64,000 nt of DNA, taken from the NCBI GenBank assembly GCA_963752915.1, contig CAVVZZ010000002.1:129092-193091 (forward strand), given 5' to 3'. The position numbers and the translations under genes are program-made. The stretch's first letter is position 1. Every line of letters starts with the position of its first letter. Below the pieces are notes generated by a model. The model did not search any database and had not been told where the DNA came from. It was given only the letters and a program-made list of their open reading frames with translations. The DNA is from Ignavibacteriota bacterium. Lineage in GTDB: Bacteria > Bacteroidota > Ignavibacteria > UBA10030 > UBA6906. Below, in pieces: positions 38,944 to 48,886 of the stretch.

Positions 38944-39654
38944 ATGACTGACGGCATACTCCCTGCGACCGTAAAGGAGGACGTTGAATTTCTCAAGAAC
39001 GTCCCTATCCTCAGCGACCTAGAGTCGGTTGATCTTGAGACAATTGCCAGGGTCGGGATGAGGAAAAAGTACAAGAAGGGAAGCATCATCCTTCTTGAAG
39101 AGGAGGCGGGCGCCGCGCTTTTTGTGATTGTGACCGGCAAGGTCAAGATTGTGAGGATGGATGATGACGGGCGGGAGGTGATCCTGTCGATCCTTGGAGA
39201 GAGCGACTTCTTCGGTGAAATGGCCATTCTGGACGGCCTCGCACGTTCCGCGAGCGTAGTCGCCATCACGAAGTCCGAACTCTTCATGATCCACCGGAGG
39301 GATTTTCTCAAGCTGCTTCACGATTTTCCATCGGTGGCTATTGCCCTCCTCAAGGAACTGACCAACCGCCTGCGCAAGGCAGATGCGCAGATCAAGAGCT
39401 TATCGTTAAAGGACGCTTCCGGTCGCGTTGCCAACGTGGTGCTCCAGCTGGCGGATGAGATCGGCCGGATCCGCAAGGGCCGGGTGGAGATTGATGAGCT
39501 TCCCCTTCAGCAGGATCTTGCCAACATGGCGGGGACTTCCCGCGAGACGATTTCGAGAATGATTCATGCCTTCATCAAAGAAGGTCATCTCGACATCGAA
39601 CGCGGCAAGCTCATCATTAACGACTACGAAAAATTTAAGACGCGCTATCTCTGA
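38944..39654 (+). CDS. Crp/Fnr-family transcriptional regulator (cNMP-binding plus HTH)
   Basis: cNMP-binding beta-roll (GESDFFGEMAILDG...RSASVVA) and C-terminal HTH (RETISRMIHAFIKEG). Confidence 0.85.
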   Translation: MTDGILPATVKEDVEFLKNVPILSDLESVDLETIARVGMRKKYKKGSIILLEEEAGAALFVIVTGKVKIVRMDDDGREVILSILGESDFFGEMAILDGLARSASVVAITKSELFMIHRRDFLKLLHDFPSVAIALLKELTNRLRKADAQIKSLSLKDASGRVANVVLQLADEIGRIRKGRVEIDELPLQQDLANMAGTSRETISRMIHAFIKEGHLDIERGKLIINDYEKFKTRYL

Positions 39655-39696
39655 GTTGCGCGCCTCTGTTCTTTCCAACGAGTCAGCCGGCGTCGA

Positions 39697-40518
39697 ATGG
39701 ACGGCAAAGCCGATCTACATCTTCACACTACGTTTTCCGACGGCGCTCTCACTCCCCACGATCTCCTGGTACACGCAGCTCGAGCCGGGCTGACAATCAT
39801 CAGTATCACGGATCACGATAACACGGGGGCTCTGCACGAGGCGGTCGAATTCGGCGCCACGTTAGGCATCGAAGTCATCTCGGGAGTGGAGCTCAGCACG
39901 ACGGTCGACGCACAGGATATCCATCTCCTCGGGTATTTCGTTGATACGGGGAATGCAACCCTGCAGGAGCACCTGGCGGTTTTCCGGGCCGAACGGAAGC
40001 GCCGGGCCGAACGCATTGTTCAGAAGCTGCACCAGTTGAAGCTTCCGCTCCCCTTCGAGGCGGTGCTCGCGCGGGCGGGGACGGCATCGATCGGACGGCC
40101 GCACATCGCGGCGGCGCTCGTCGATGAGGGCCTTGTCGATAATTACCAGGCGGCGTTCGCACGGTACCTGGGTTTCGGGAAACCGGCGTACGAACGCAAG
40201 TATCAGGTCCCCCCTCGTGAAGCAATCAGGATGGTTGCTGATGCGGGAGGGTTGTCGTTTGTTGCACACCCGGGCAATGCGATTGACGAACGGGTGATGC
40301 TTGCTCTCATCAAAGAAGGCGTTGACGGCATCGAGGTGGTGCATCCGTCGCACAGCGGTGAACGTGAGGGATACTACCGCGGAATCGCAGAAGAATACTT
40401 TCTTCTCACAAGCGGCGGATCCGATTTCCACGGAGGGAAACGCAATGACCTCGATGTTCTCGGCAGGTATTCTATTCCTGCGGACGTGGTGGAAATGATG
40501 CGCCGCCGTCTGCGGTGA
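39697..40518 (+). CDS. PHP-domain metal-dependent phosphoesterase
   Basis: [19 protein letters not shown]... histidinol-phosphatase-like motifs. Confidence 0.8.
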   Translation: MDGKADLHLHTTFSDGALTPHDLLVHAARAGLTIISITDHDNTGALHEAVEFGATLGIEVISGVELSTTVDAQDIHLLGYFVDTGNATLQEHLAVFRAERKRRAERIVQKLHQLKLPLPFEAVLARAGTASIGRPHIAAALVDEGLVDNYQAAFARYLGFGKPAYERKYQVPPREAIRMVADAGGLSFVAHPGNAIDERVMLALIKEGVDGIEVVHPSHSGEREGYYRGIAEEYFLLTSGGSDFHGGKRNDLDVLGRYSIPADVVEMMRRRLR

Positions 40519-41039
40519 TCAGAACTTCCTTCATAACAGGAACACGACTCGTGCGCACAATTCAGGGAGTGCTCTCGGCCGGAGGATTACGCTTCGGCAT
40601 CGTAGTCAGCAGATTCAACATGCTGGTGACAGAGCGGTTGCTTGATGGAGCCGTCGACTGCCTGCTTCGCCATGGCGCGACGGAGGATTCCCTGACGACG
40701 GTCTATTGTCCCGGCGCATTCGAGATCCCCCAGGTCGCCAACCTGATGGCTCGCAGCGGGAAGTTCGATGCCATACTTTGCCTGGGGTGTGTGATCCGCG
40801 GCGAGACTCCGCATTTCGATTACATTGCGGCGGAGGTTGCAAAAGGGATCGGCCAGATTGCATTGACCACATCGGTCCCGACGGCTTTCGGCGTCTTGAC
40901 AACAGAGACCCTGGAGCAGGCTCTGGAACGCGCGGGGGCAAAGGCCGGAAACAAAGGGTGGGATGCGGCGATGACGGCGATTGAACTGGTACAACTCGGT
41001 CGCCAACTTCAGGGAGGGCCTGCTGAAAAGCGGTCGTGA
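40515..41039 (+). CDS. ribH: 6,7-dimethyl-8-ribityllumazine synthase
   Basis: [33 protein letters not shown] motifs. GTGA overlap with PHP (start codon could alternatively be slightly downstream). Confidence 0.85.
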   Translation: MIRTSFITGTRLVRTIQGVLSAGGLRFGIVVSRFNMLVTERLLDGAVDCLLRHGATEDSLTTVYCPGAFEIPQVANLMARSGKFDAILCLGCVIRGETPHFDYIAAEVAKGIGQIALTTSVPTAFGVLTTETLEQALERAGAKAGNKGWDAAMTAIELVQLGRQLQGGPAEKRS

Positions 41040-41073
41040 TCATCAGGCCATGGAGAGAGGATATCGAGGTCAT

Positions 41074-43347
41074 ATGAAAGCAGGGTGGTGGGTGTTGGCG
41101 GGTGTGATGTGCGCCGTTTCGTGCTCGTCTCCGGCACAGGGAGTCGGCACATGGCGGAATTTTACCTCGATGAAAAATGTGACCTCCGTCGCCCGTGCCG
41201 GTTCTGACTTCTGGGCGTCAACTTCCGGCGGACTCTTTCGCTGGTCTCCCGGAAACAACTCCTTCCTGCGCATCACCAGCGCCGACGGCCTGCAAAGCGT
41301 CGTGCTTACCGCAGTCGCCGTGGACTCCGACGGCAATGTCTGGAGCGGGTCCAGCAACGGCTTTCTCCACGTCTATCAGCCTTCAACGGGTTCCCTTCGC
41401 GTCATCTCCGATCTCGCCAATACCAACCAGGTCACCAAGCAAATCAATCAATTGACGGTATACGGAGATACGGTTGTCGTCTGTACCGAATTCGGGCTGA
41501 GTTTCTTCCGGCGTTCCAAGTTTGAGTTCGGCGATACCTTTTCCCGGTTCGGGTCCATACCGACCGGAACACGTGTCGCGGCAATCAATGCCGTTATCTC
41601 CAACGGCCGTGTCTGGGTCGGCATCACCGATCACCAGACCCTGAATCGGATCGCGTCGGCACCGCTCGACGGATCGAACCTGCTCGTCCCGGACGCCTGG
41701 ACGCTCGATGTCCCTGGATCGGGAGCGGGAAATCCGGCCGCCCTTGCAGCATTCAATGGCAACGTCTATGCAGGGACGTCTGACGGACTGTATGTGCATA
41801 CGACATCCGGATGGAGCGCGATCTCTTCCTTTAGCGGTCAATCCATCACCGCTCTCACGGTATCTGGAGGACAACTGCTTGTCGGAACCACCGGGAGTCA
41901 ACTGTTCTCAGTTGCCTCGGATGGGTCCTCGGCGGCCTTTGGACCAGCGCTTCCATACCCCCCCGCAGCCCTTGAGTCCGGATCGGGGACGACGCCGAAC
42001 CCTGTCGTGGGAACTTCGGGCGGGGGGATCTACTCCTACGGGACGTCAGTTTGGACGGCTCACCTCCCGAACGGCCCGAACTCAAACGAGTTTACCAGTG
42101 TCGTCGTGGATCCGAACGGAATCGTCTGGGGAGCCACAGGACCCAATCACGGTACCGGCATCAACCGGTTTGACGGGTCGACGTGGATGGCGTTCACGAA
42201 ATCCAACAGCGTGCTCCCCGAAGATCAATACTACAAAATCTCCGTATCGTGCAACGGCTCCGTCTGGGCGAGCTCATGGGGATGGGGAATGGCGGAGTTT
42301 CCCGGCGGGGGGACAACCATTGATTCTTCCCATATCTTCAATGCGAATGTGGGGATGGTGGGCATTTCGGGTCACACCGACTACATCGTCGGAAGCAACG
42401 TTGTCTGCGATGAAAATGGGAATACGTGGGTGTCGATCTACGGAGCCCTGGACAAGAATATCCTTGCCGTGCGGACGCCGAACGGAGTCTGGCACCATCT
42501 CCCGATTTTCTACGGCGGCGTGAAGATCAGCAACCTCGTGGAATATGCCGTGGACCGGGTCCTGGCCGTCGATGGGCTCGACAATCTGTGGGCGGTCTCG
42601 CGCGACCCCGCGTACCGCGGCGTCCTCTGCCTGCAGAATGGCGGGGTGCTGGATAGCACTTCGAACATCCTTCTGACCAGCACCAGCGGGCTCCCAAGTG
42701 ATGCGGTCACGACGGTGGTTGTGGACCAGGATAATACGGTATGGATCGGTACCGATCGCGGCATTGCAATCGTCCTCGATCCTTCGAACCCGAGCTCGTC
42801 GATTGCAGCATACAAGCCGCTTCTCGGAGAAAGCATCAATACCATTGCCATTGATCCGTTGAACCAGAAGTGGGTTGGAACTCCGGAAGGGGTGGTCGTG
42901 CTCTCTCCCGACGGCACGCAAGTCCTGACGTCCTACACCGTGGAAACGACGCAAGGAAAGCTGATCGACAACAACATTCAAAGCATTGCCGTCGACCCAA
43001 AAACCGGCGCGGTCTATTTCGCTTCGCTCTCTGGACTGGCGAGCCTGTTTACCACGGGAGCCGCTCCTGCGCAGTCCGACGCAGGTTTCAAGATTTATCC
43101 GAATCCTTTCCGCCTACCGCCGACATCGTCGTTGACCATCGACGGTCTTTTGGCGAATTCAAAGATCAAGATCCTGGCGACCAACGGAAACCTCATTCGG
43201 GACCTCACGACGGACGGGGGAAGGATCGGTTCGTGGGACGGTCGGGACAATCAGGGGAATTACGTGGCTTCGGGCGTGTATTTCATTATCGGGTATACCG
43301 ATGATGGGAACACCGTGCGGGGCAAAGTGGCGGTATTGCGGCGATAG
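41074..43347 (+). CDS. secreted beta-propeller repeat protein (two-component-regulator-propeller-like) with T9SS C-terminal sorting domain
   Basis: Signal peptide MKAGWWVLAGVMCAVSCSSPAQG. Many GxxxGG[LI] propeller repeats. C-terminal KIYPNPF...WDGRDNQGNYVASGVYFI...KVAVLR (Por_Secre_tail-like). Confidence 0.7.
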   Translation: MKAGWWVLAGVMCAVSCSSPAQGVGTWRNFTSMKNVTSVARAGSDFWASTSGGLFRWSPGNNSFLRITSADGLQSVVLTAVAVDSDGNVWSGSSNGFLHVYQPSTGSLRVISDLANTNQVTKQINQLTVYGDTVVVCTEFGLSFFRRSKFEFGDTFSRFGSIPTGTRVAAINAVISNGRVWVGITDHQTLNRIASAPLDGSNLLVPDAWTLDVPGSGAGNPAALAAFNGNVYAGTSDGLYVHTTSGWSAISSFSGQSITALTVSGGQLLVGTTGSQLFSVASDGSSAAFGPALPYPPAALESGSGTTPNPVVGTSGGGIYSYGTSVWTAHLPNGPNSNEFTSVVVDPNGIVWGATGPNHGTGINRFDGSTWMAFTKSNSVLPEDQYYKISVSCNGSVWASSWGWGMAEFPGGGTTIDSSHIFNANVGMVGISGHTDYIVGSNVVCDENGNTWVSIYGALDKNILAVRTPNGVWHHLPIFYGGVKISNLVEYAVDRVLAVDGLDNLWAVSRDPAYRGVLCLQNGGVLDSTSNILLTSTSGLPSDAVTTVVVDQDNTVWIGTDRGIAIVLDPSNPSSSIAAYKPLLGESINTIAIDPLNQKWVGTPEGVVVLSPDGTQVLTSYTVETTQGKLIDNNIQSIAVDPKTGAVYFASLSGLASLFTTGAAPAQSDAGFKIYPNPFRLPPTSSLTIDGLLANSKIKILATNGNLIRDLTTDGGRIGSWDGRDNQGNYVASGVYFIIGYTDDGNTVRGKVAVLRR

Positions 43348-43446
43348 CTGACAGCACAGACGAGTGTGTCCCGGGAGACCGGACCGGGACCTGCGACAGC
43401 AACAATCCATCGGTCATAACCACTTCGTTGCAAGATGTAAGGAGGC

Positions 43447-43737
43447 GTGGATTTGGAAAACAACGGCTACAAAGATGAGATCTTCACGAAACGGGTGAGA
43501 GCGGGAAAGCGCACTTACTTCTTCGATGTGAAGGCAACAAAATCCGAGAAGGATTTTTATATCACCATCACCGAGAGCAAACGCATCGGCGACGATGAGT
43601 ATGAAAAACACAAGATCTTTCTGTACAAGGAAGATTTTGAAAAATTCCGTGAAGCGCTCGACGAGACCGTCGAACATGTTCAGACGCAACTTCTGGAGCA
43701 CGGAGAACAGGCCGTCGTTGCGAAAACAGAGGCCTGA
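43447..43737 (+). CDS. PUR-alpha-like nucleic-acid-binding protein (DUF3276 family); low-GC gene
   Basis: KRTYFFDVKATKSEKDFYITITESKR is the hallmark of Bacteroidetes DUF3276/PUR-like proteins. GTG start 4 nt after AAGGAGG. GC roughly 47% versus about 62% locally. Confidence 0.7.
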   Translation: MDLENNGYKDEIFTKRVRAGKRTYFFDVKATKSEKDFYITITESKRIGDDEYEKHKIFLYKEDFEKFREALDETVEHVQTQLLEHGEQAVVAKTEA

Positions 43738-44063
43738 TCGTCAGAGAATCATCTTCGCCTCATCAAGCTCCCGTGCCGTAAACTGAACCGCTCCCCGGCG
43801 GTTCGAACGATGTACGGCATGTCGACCGAATTCCCTCTTCGACGTTTCCGCTTGGGAATATTGGTACTTTCGGAGACTCGGGTGACATCCACTCCCGCCG
43901 CTGTTACTCCCCTCGGCGAGGCTCGTGTTTGCGACGTCACGACACCAAGTCGTGGCGCGGGCCTATCTTTCTCGCGCCCTATCCGTGTCAGGAGCCGGCC
44001 GTCCCGCCATCGCACGGGTGTGCCGGACCTGTGCGAGTTGCTTCTTTTCAGCCTCGAGGATTC

Positions 44064-45794
44064 ATGAGCTGGTTCTATGCGACAAGCAGAACGGCCCACC
44101 CATCTCCAAACGAGAACTCTCCTCCCTACGAGGAACCTCTTCGGACAATCTCGTTCTCGCGTTTCTCCATTGCCGTAGGGGGAAACCCGGACACGTCGTT
44201 TCTTGATCACAATCCGGACACTAATTCCGGTTGGGCCGTCGTTGGCGTCGGACTATCGCAATCGGATTCGGGGGGGAGTATTCTCTCTGGATCCGATTGG
44301 AAGCGGTTGCTCACAAGGGAATCGTTCGATCCAACTGCCTTGGATGGCCATTTTGCCGTTGTACGGTGGAATGGTGATCGGGTGGAGTGCTTCACTGATC
44401 AACTGGGCCTACGAACGATCTACTTCAGCGCTACTGAACAGGGATTGGTCATCTGCACGCGTATCGACTGGCTCTGCCACGCTGCCGGTCACCGAGAGCC
44501 GGATTTCAAGGCTCTGGGAAGTCGGTGGATGATGTTTCACCAGTTGTCCTATGAGTCATGCGTTCACGGGATCGAACGACTTGGCCCCGGCGGACATACC
44601 CTGTTCAGACTCGGCAGCGTTATCCGGGCCACAAGTACTCCGTGGGTGCCGACATTTGAGCCTGATTCCAGTGACCACGCTGTAGAGCTCCTCAAGGGGT
44701 ATCTGGCGTCTGCGTCAGCGTATCGGAATGCACCGTCTCTGGGCCTGTCGGGCGGCCTTGATTCGCGTCTCCTTCTTTCCCTGGCAACGAGCATGTCACT
44801 CGACAGATTGGGGATCCACACGTTTGGCCCCGACGATGACCCGGATGTTCAATTGGCCGGTCGAATGACTTCTGCATTGGGAATTCCCTTTCTTCATTTG
44901 AATGACCCCCTTCCGGATGCAGATACGTGCCTCAAGGGAATATTCTCGTTCGTGTCTCAGACGCTTCTCGTAGAACCGGTCTCGTCCTACACCAAGCTTC
45001 GCTACTACGGGAAACTTCGCGCGTCGGGGCACATGCTCATTGACGGCGGATTCGGAGAAATTGCCCGGCGGCAATACATGAATCGTGTGGTCAAACTCGG
45101 ACAATCTGCACTTCGAAAACGCGATTCCTCCCGGCTCTACCAGCTCATGCGTTCACCACGAGCCGATATTTTTTCTGCTGAGGCGACTCACCAGCTCGAA
45201 GCTGGTGCGCGAAGCAGCCTCAACAAGGCCCTCGACGAAATGCCGGCTGTTGAGAAGATCGGCGTTGAGAACTTCGTGGATCTGCTTGCGGTGAGAACAA
45301 GAGTACCCAATTACGGTGGGCCAGAACAAGGCCGGCTTGACTCGGAAATCCTGAATTTCATGCCTCTTGTTCAGCCTTCCTTTCTGCGAGCGATTTTTGG
45401 AGTGAACCCGAAGGTGCGATCGAATGCAGGTCTGTACTGCGACATCATTCGGAAAGCAAATCCGTTGCTGGCCCAATTCCCTCTCGCGAAGGGCGGGCAC
45501 ACCCATAGATTCGGCCTTTCGACGAATCTGACATGGCTTTCAGTCAGAGTGAAATCGAAGATCGCAAGAGGATTCTCGGATCCTATGCCAAATCTTCTTC
45601 TCGAGCATATCAAAGATTTCGTAACAGACATCGCCCATTCGCATGATGTCTTATCTGATCCGATGTACGATCAAAAAAAAGTTGTCGAATCCGTTGACAA
45701 ATACTATGCCGGAGACCACAGTCTGAGAGGCGTCGTTGACTGGTGGCTCACTTTCGAGCTATGGAAACGGTCGCTCCAACCGTGTAAATCCTGA
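44064..45794 (+). CDS. asparagine-synthetase-family protein lacking the N-terminal catalytic Cys (AsnB-like amidotransferase/ATP-pyrophosphatase homolog)
   Basis: PP-loop LSGGLDSRLL, AsnB-like N-domain remnants (DGHFAVVRWNGDR...LGLRTIYF) but no Cys2 after the initiator Met. GAGG RBS before ATG 44064; track ORF 43929..45794 has a Pro/Arg-rich improbable N-extension. Confidence 0.7.
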   Translation: MSWFYATSRTAHPSPNENSPPYEEPLRTISFSRFSIAVGGNPDTSFLDHNPDTNSGWAVVGVGLSQSDSGGSILSGSDWKRLLTRESFDPTALDGHFAVVRWNGDRVECFTDQLGLRTIYFSATEQGLVICTRIDWLCHAAGHREPDFKALGSRWMMFHQLSYESCVHGIERLGPGGHTLFRLGSVIRATSTPWVPTFEPDSSDHAVELLKGYLASASAYRNAPSLGLSGGLDSRLLLSLATSMSLDRLGIHTFGPDDDPDVQLAGRMTSALGIPFLHLNDPLPDADTCLKGIFSFVSQTLLVEPVSSYTKLRYYGKLRASGHMLIDGGFGEIARRQYMNRVVKLGQSALRKRDSSRLYQLMRSPRADIFSAEATHQLEAGARSSLNKALDEMPAVEKIGVENFVDLLAVRTRVPNYGGPEQGRLDSEILNFMPLVQPSFLRAIFGVNPKVRSNAGLYCDIIRKANPLLAQFPLAKGGHTHRFGLSTNLTWLSVRVKSKIARGFSDPMPNLLLEHIKDFVTDIAHSHDVLSDPMYDQKKVVESVDKYYAGDHSLRGVVDWWLTFELWKRSLQPCKS

Positions 45795-45899
45795 GACCTT
45801 CTCCTCTGGACCGGCTTCTCAGCCACCGGAGGTGTGCCTTCAACTTCCTATATTGCATGGGGTTTCAGCTTGATGCCCGTCTCCTGAGCCTCCCTTTGG

Positions 45900-45928
45900 T
45901 TGACTATCACGGAATTGCTAGTTATATT
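45900..45928 (+). promoter_or_regulatory. sigma70-type promoter TTGACT-N17-TATATT upstream of the yceD-rpmF-plsX-fab operon
   Basis: Exact 17-nt spacer, about 64 nt before ATG 45993. Same hexamers as the crp promoter. Confidence 0.5.
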
Positions 45929-45992
45929 GAAATGCTTTGCCCTGCTCGGCAGGGGGCTGTCGATTTGAGTGTGATCGTCCTGGAATGACCTG

Positions 45993-46508
45993 ATGAAAAT
46001 TCCGGTCGCGGGGTTGCCGGAAGGTGTCAACGAGTTTGCGTTTGATTCTCCTGCAGCAGCATTGGGTCTGGATGAGGCATTCAGGGAGATCCGCGTAACG
46101 CTCAGCGCCGAGAAGTCGGATCGGGAGATCCATCTTCAGGGACGCATCGAAACCGCGTTCGAAGGTGTGTGTGATCGCTGTCTGAAACAGATCATCACTC
46201 CCCTATCGCCGACCTTCGTCGTGCATTACGTGTTTACCGAGACTGACGCCGGCCGGTACGATCCGGCAGAAACACAGATTCTTGCACCCGGCACGGTCGC
46301 GGTCGACATCACCGATGACGTCCGCCAGGTCGTCCAGCTGACGGTTCCGCTGAAGCTTCTGTGTTCGGAAGAGTGCAAGGGTTTGTGCCCGCAATGCGGG
46401 AAGGATTTGAATGAAGGGCCGTGCGATTGCAGGCCAGTACCGATCGACCCGCGTTGGGACGCCCTGCGGGGTCTTCGGGCAAATGAACAGGGCGTTCAGG
46501 AAGAGTAG
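45993..46508 (+). CDS. yceD: YceD/DUF177 family protein (large-subunit ribosomal RNA accumulation protein)
   Basis: C-terminal CxxC...CPxCG zinc-ribbon-like motif. Conserved position upstream of rpmF. Confidence 0.8.
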   Translation: MKIPVAGLPEGVNEFAFDSPAAALGLDEAFREIRVTLSAEKSDREIHLQGRIETAFEGVCDRCLKQIITPLSPTFVVHYVFTETDAGRYDPAETQILAPGTVAVDITDDVRQVVQLTVPLKLLCSEECKGLCPQCGKDLNEGPCDCRPVPIDPRWDALRGLRANEQGVQEE

Positions 46509-46525
46509 CAAGGAGCACCGACCGT

Positions 46526-46708
46526 ATGCCGAATCCAAAACGCCGACATTCGAAGACCCGCGGACGGAAGCGCCGCACCCATTACAAGGCGACTGCCGCG
46601 GCAATTTCGGAATGCCCAAATTGCCATACACAGAAGCTCCCTCACCGCGCCTGCCCGAATTGTGGCTACTACAACGGACGGACTATCACAGTTCCCAAGA
46701 AAGCCTGA
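46526..46708 (+). CDS. rpmF: 50S ribosomal protein L32
   Basis: MPNPKRRHSKTRGRKRR N-terminus and CPNCH...CPNCGYY zinc ribbon. 60 aa. Confidence 0.92.
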   Translation: MPNPKRRHSKTRGRKRRTHYKATAAAISECPNCHTQKLPHRACPNCGYYNGRTITVPKKA

Positions 46709-46753
46709 ACCGGAGGGCCTCCCACCCACGGCCCCCTGCTCCTCCCCGGCTGC

Positions 46754-47836
46754 TTGGATTCGTGGACTCCTCCCGGAACCTCGTTGAATCAGACCACCTC
46801 CAACATACATATCGCCATTGACGCGATGGGCGGCGATTATGCTCCTGCCTGTGTCATCGAAGGCACGGCAGACGCCCTCCATGAACGTCCCGGCCGGTTC
46901 TCCGCCGTGCTCGTCGGACGTGAGGAAATGATTCGCGAAGAGATCCGGAAACTCCCCGATGCCGGTCGCCAAACCCTTAGTGATGTACAGCGCTGTACCA
47001 TCGTTCATGCGGCCGACATCATCGAAATGCACGACAGTCCGACCGCTGCCGTGAAATCCAAGAAGGATTCGTCCATCGGCGTCGGGCTGACCCTGCAGCG
47101 GACGAACCAGGCCCAGGCATTTGTGAGCGCAGGCAACACCGGCGCCGTCCTCTCGGCATCGACGCTGATCCTCGGCCGACTCGAGAACGTGGGCCGCCCG
47201 ACGATCGGCGCAATGATCCCCACGGCAAAACGCCCATGCCTCCTGGTCGACGCAGGCGCGAATGTCGACTGCAAACCGCGTCACCTTTTTGAATTTGCCG
47301 TCATGGGAGCGATGTACGTCAAGGCAATGCTCGGCGAAGAGAATCCGAAAGTGGGATTGCTCAACATCGGCGAGGAAGACTCCAAGGGCAACGAGGCGGT
47401 GCAGGCCGCGTACCGGCTGCTCGCCGGGAGCCCGTTGAACTTCAAGGGGAATATCGAGGGAAGGGACGCCCTCAAAGGGGACGTTGACGTCATCGTGTGC
47501 GATGGGTTCGTCGGAAATATCCTTCTAAAATTCGGCGAAAGCATCCCGTCATTTTTCAAATCGAAATTTGCCGAGCTTGCCGGCAAGAGCCTGAAGAACA
47601 AGGCTATCGCGGGGCTCGCAAGAAACAGCCTCCGTTCCATCATGAAAGAGCTTGACTATCAAGAGCACGGCGGGGTCCCGATCCTTGGCGTCAACGGGGT
47701 CTCGATCATCGGCCACGGACGCTCAACACCGAAGGCAATCAAGAATATGATCTTCCGTGCAGAGGAAATGGCGACGCGGATGGTCCACCGGCAAATCGAA
47801 GAGTCCCTTGCACGCTTCCAGCCGAACGCTGGATAA
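46754..47836 (+). CDS. plsX: phosphate acyltransferase PlsX
   Basis: IAIDAMGGDYAP, SAGNTGA, GFVGNI motifs. About 16-aa N-terminal extension, so the start may be downstream. Confidence 0.9.
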   Translation: MDSWTPPGTSLNQTTSNIHIAIDAMGGDYAPACVIEGTADALHERPGRFSAVLVGREEMIREEIRKLPDAGRQTLSDVQRCTIVHAADIIEMHDSPTAAVKSKKDSSIGVGLTLQRTNQAQAFVSAGNTGAVLSASTLILGRLENVGRPTIGAMIPTAKRPCLLVDAGANVDCKPRHLFEFAVMGAMYVKAMLGEENPKVGLLNIGEEDSKGNEAVQAAYRLLAGSPLNFKGNIEGRDALKGDVDVIVCDGFVGNILLKFGESIPSFFKSKFAELAGKSLKNKAIAGLARNSLRSIMKELDYQEHGGVPILGVNGVSIIGHGRSTPKAIKNMIFRAEEMATRMVHRQIEESLARFQPNAG

Positions 47837-47874
47837 CATTGTGATGAATCCCCCCCTCGAAAAAGGAGCTGTCA

Positions 47875-48885
47875 ATGAGTAAGCTACGGGCCACAATCAC
47901 TGCAGTCGGTCACTACGTCCCGGACAAAATTCTGAGCAACGCCGATCTGGAAAAAATCGTCGACACCAATGATGAGTGGATTCGGACGCGGACAGGAATT
48001 TCCGAACGCCGCGTGTTGGAACACGGCGGGAGCTCGGACATGGCCGCGTTTGCCATCCAGGCAATGCTGAAGAACCGCGGCATTTCTGCCGAGGAGATCG
48101 ATCTGATCATCTGCGCCACCATCTCTCCGGATATGTTCTTCCCGTCAACCGCATGTCTCATCCAGGAGAAGATCGGCGCGAAGAATGCCTGGGGGTTCGA
48201 CCTTTCCGGTGCATGCTCCGGGTTCATCTACGGGATCGCCACGGCAGCGCAGTTTATTGAAGCAGGCACCTACAAGAAAGTGGTCCTCGTCGGATCTGAC
48301 AAGATGACCTCGATTACGGACTATACCGACAGAAATAATTGTATTCTCTTTGGCGACGCCGCTGCCGCCGTCCTGATTGAACCGTCGGACGATCCGTCCG
48401 CGGGCATTCTTGATTACCTCATGTACTCTGACGGCTCCGGCGGAAAGTTCCTAAATATGAAGGCGGGTGGAAGCCTTATGCCCGCGACACACGAGACGGT
48501 CGACAAGCGGCTGCACTACATCTACCAGGACGGCAAAGCGGTGTTCAAAGTCGCCGTTGTGAAAATGGCGGAAGTCTCGGAAGAGATCATCGCAAAGAAC
48601 CATCTGACGGGCAAGGACATCGACTGGCTCGTTCCGCATCAGGCAAATCTCCGCATTATTGATGCGACCGCCGACAGGATGGGGTTGGAGAAAAGCAAAG
48701 TGATGATCAATATCGAACGATACGGAAATACCACGGCGGCAACGATCCCCCTCTGCCTTTCGGAGTGGTGGCAACGCGGACTACTGAAAAAGGGACACCG
48801 GCTCGTCTTTGCAAGCTTCGGCGCAGGGTACACCTGGGGCTCTGTCCTCGTGAAGTGGACCCTCGACGGCTGCCAGAAGAACTGA
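47875..48885 (+). CDS. fabH: 3-oxoacyl-ACP synthase III
   Basis: Active-site Cys (DLSGACSGF), HQAN and GNTTAA motifs. 336 aa. Confidence 0.92.
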   Translation: MSKLRATITAVGHYVPDKILSNADLEKIVDTNDEWIRTRTGISERRVLEHGGSSDMAAFAIQAMLKNRGISAEEIDLIICATISPDMFFPSTACLIQEKIGAKNAWGFDLSGACSGFIYGIATAAQFIEAGTYKKVVLVGSDKMTSITDYTDRNNCILFGDAAAAVLIEPSDDPSAGILDYLMYSDGSGGKFLNMKAGGSLMPATHETVDKRLHYIYQDGKAVFKVAVVKMAEVSEEIIAKNHLTGKDIDWLVPHQANLRIIDATADRMGLEKSKVMINIERYGNTTAATIPLCLSEWWQRGLLKKGHRLVFASFGAGYTWGSVLVKWTLDGCQKN

Positions 48886-48886
48886 C

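Noticed and set aside
43738-44063. Searched this region and the 20486-20776 region for SRP RNA, tmRNA, RNase P, 6S and tRNA signatures
   Set aside because: Only a partial CAGGUCCGG match to the SRP helix-8 motif was seen, with no adjoining GGAA/AGCAGC consensus. No tRNA-like T-arm with acceptor pairing. Lengths are also inconsistent with RNase P.
43749-44210. 153-aa minus-strand ORF across the long region upstream of the AsnB-like gene; also 43810..44067 on the plus strand
   Set aside because: Arg-rich, no RBS, overlapping each other. More likely non-coding leader.
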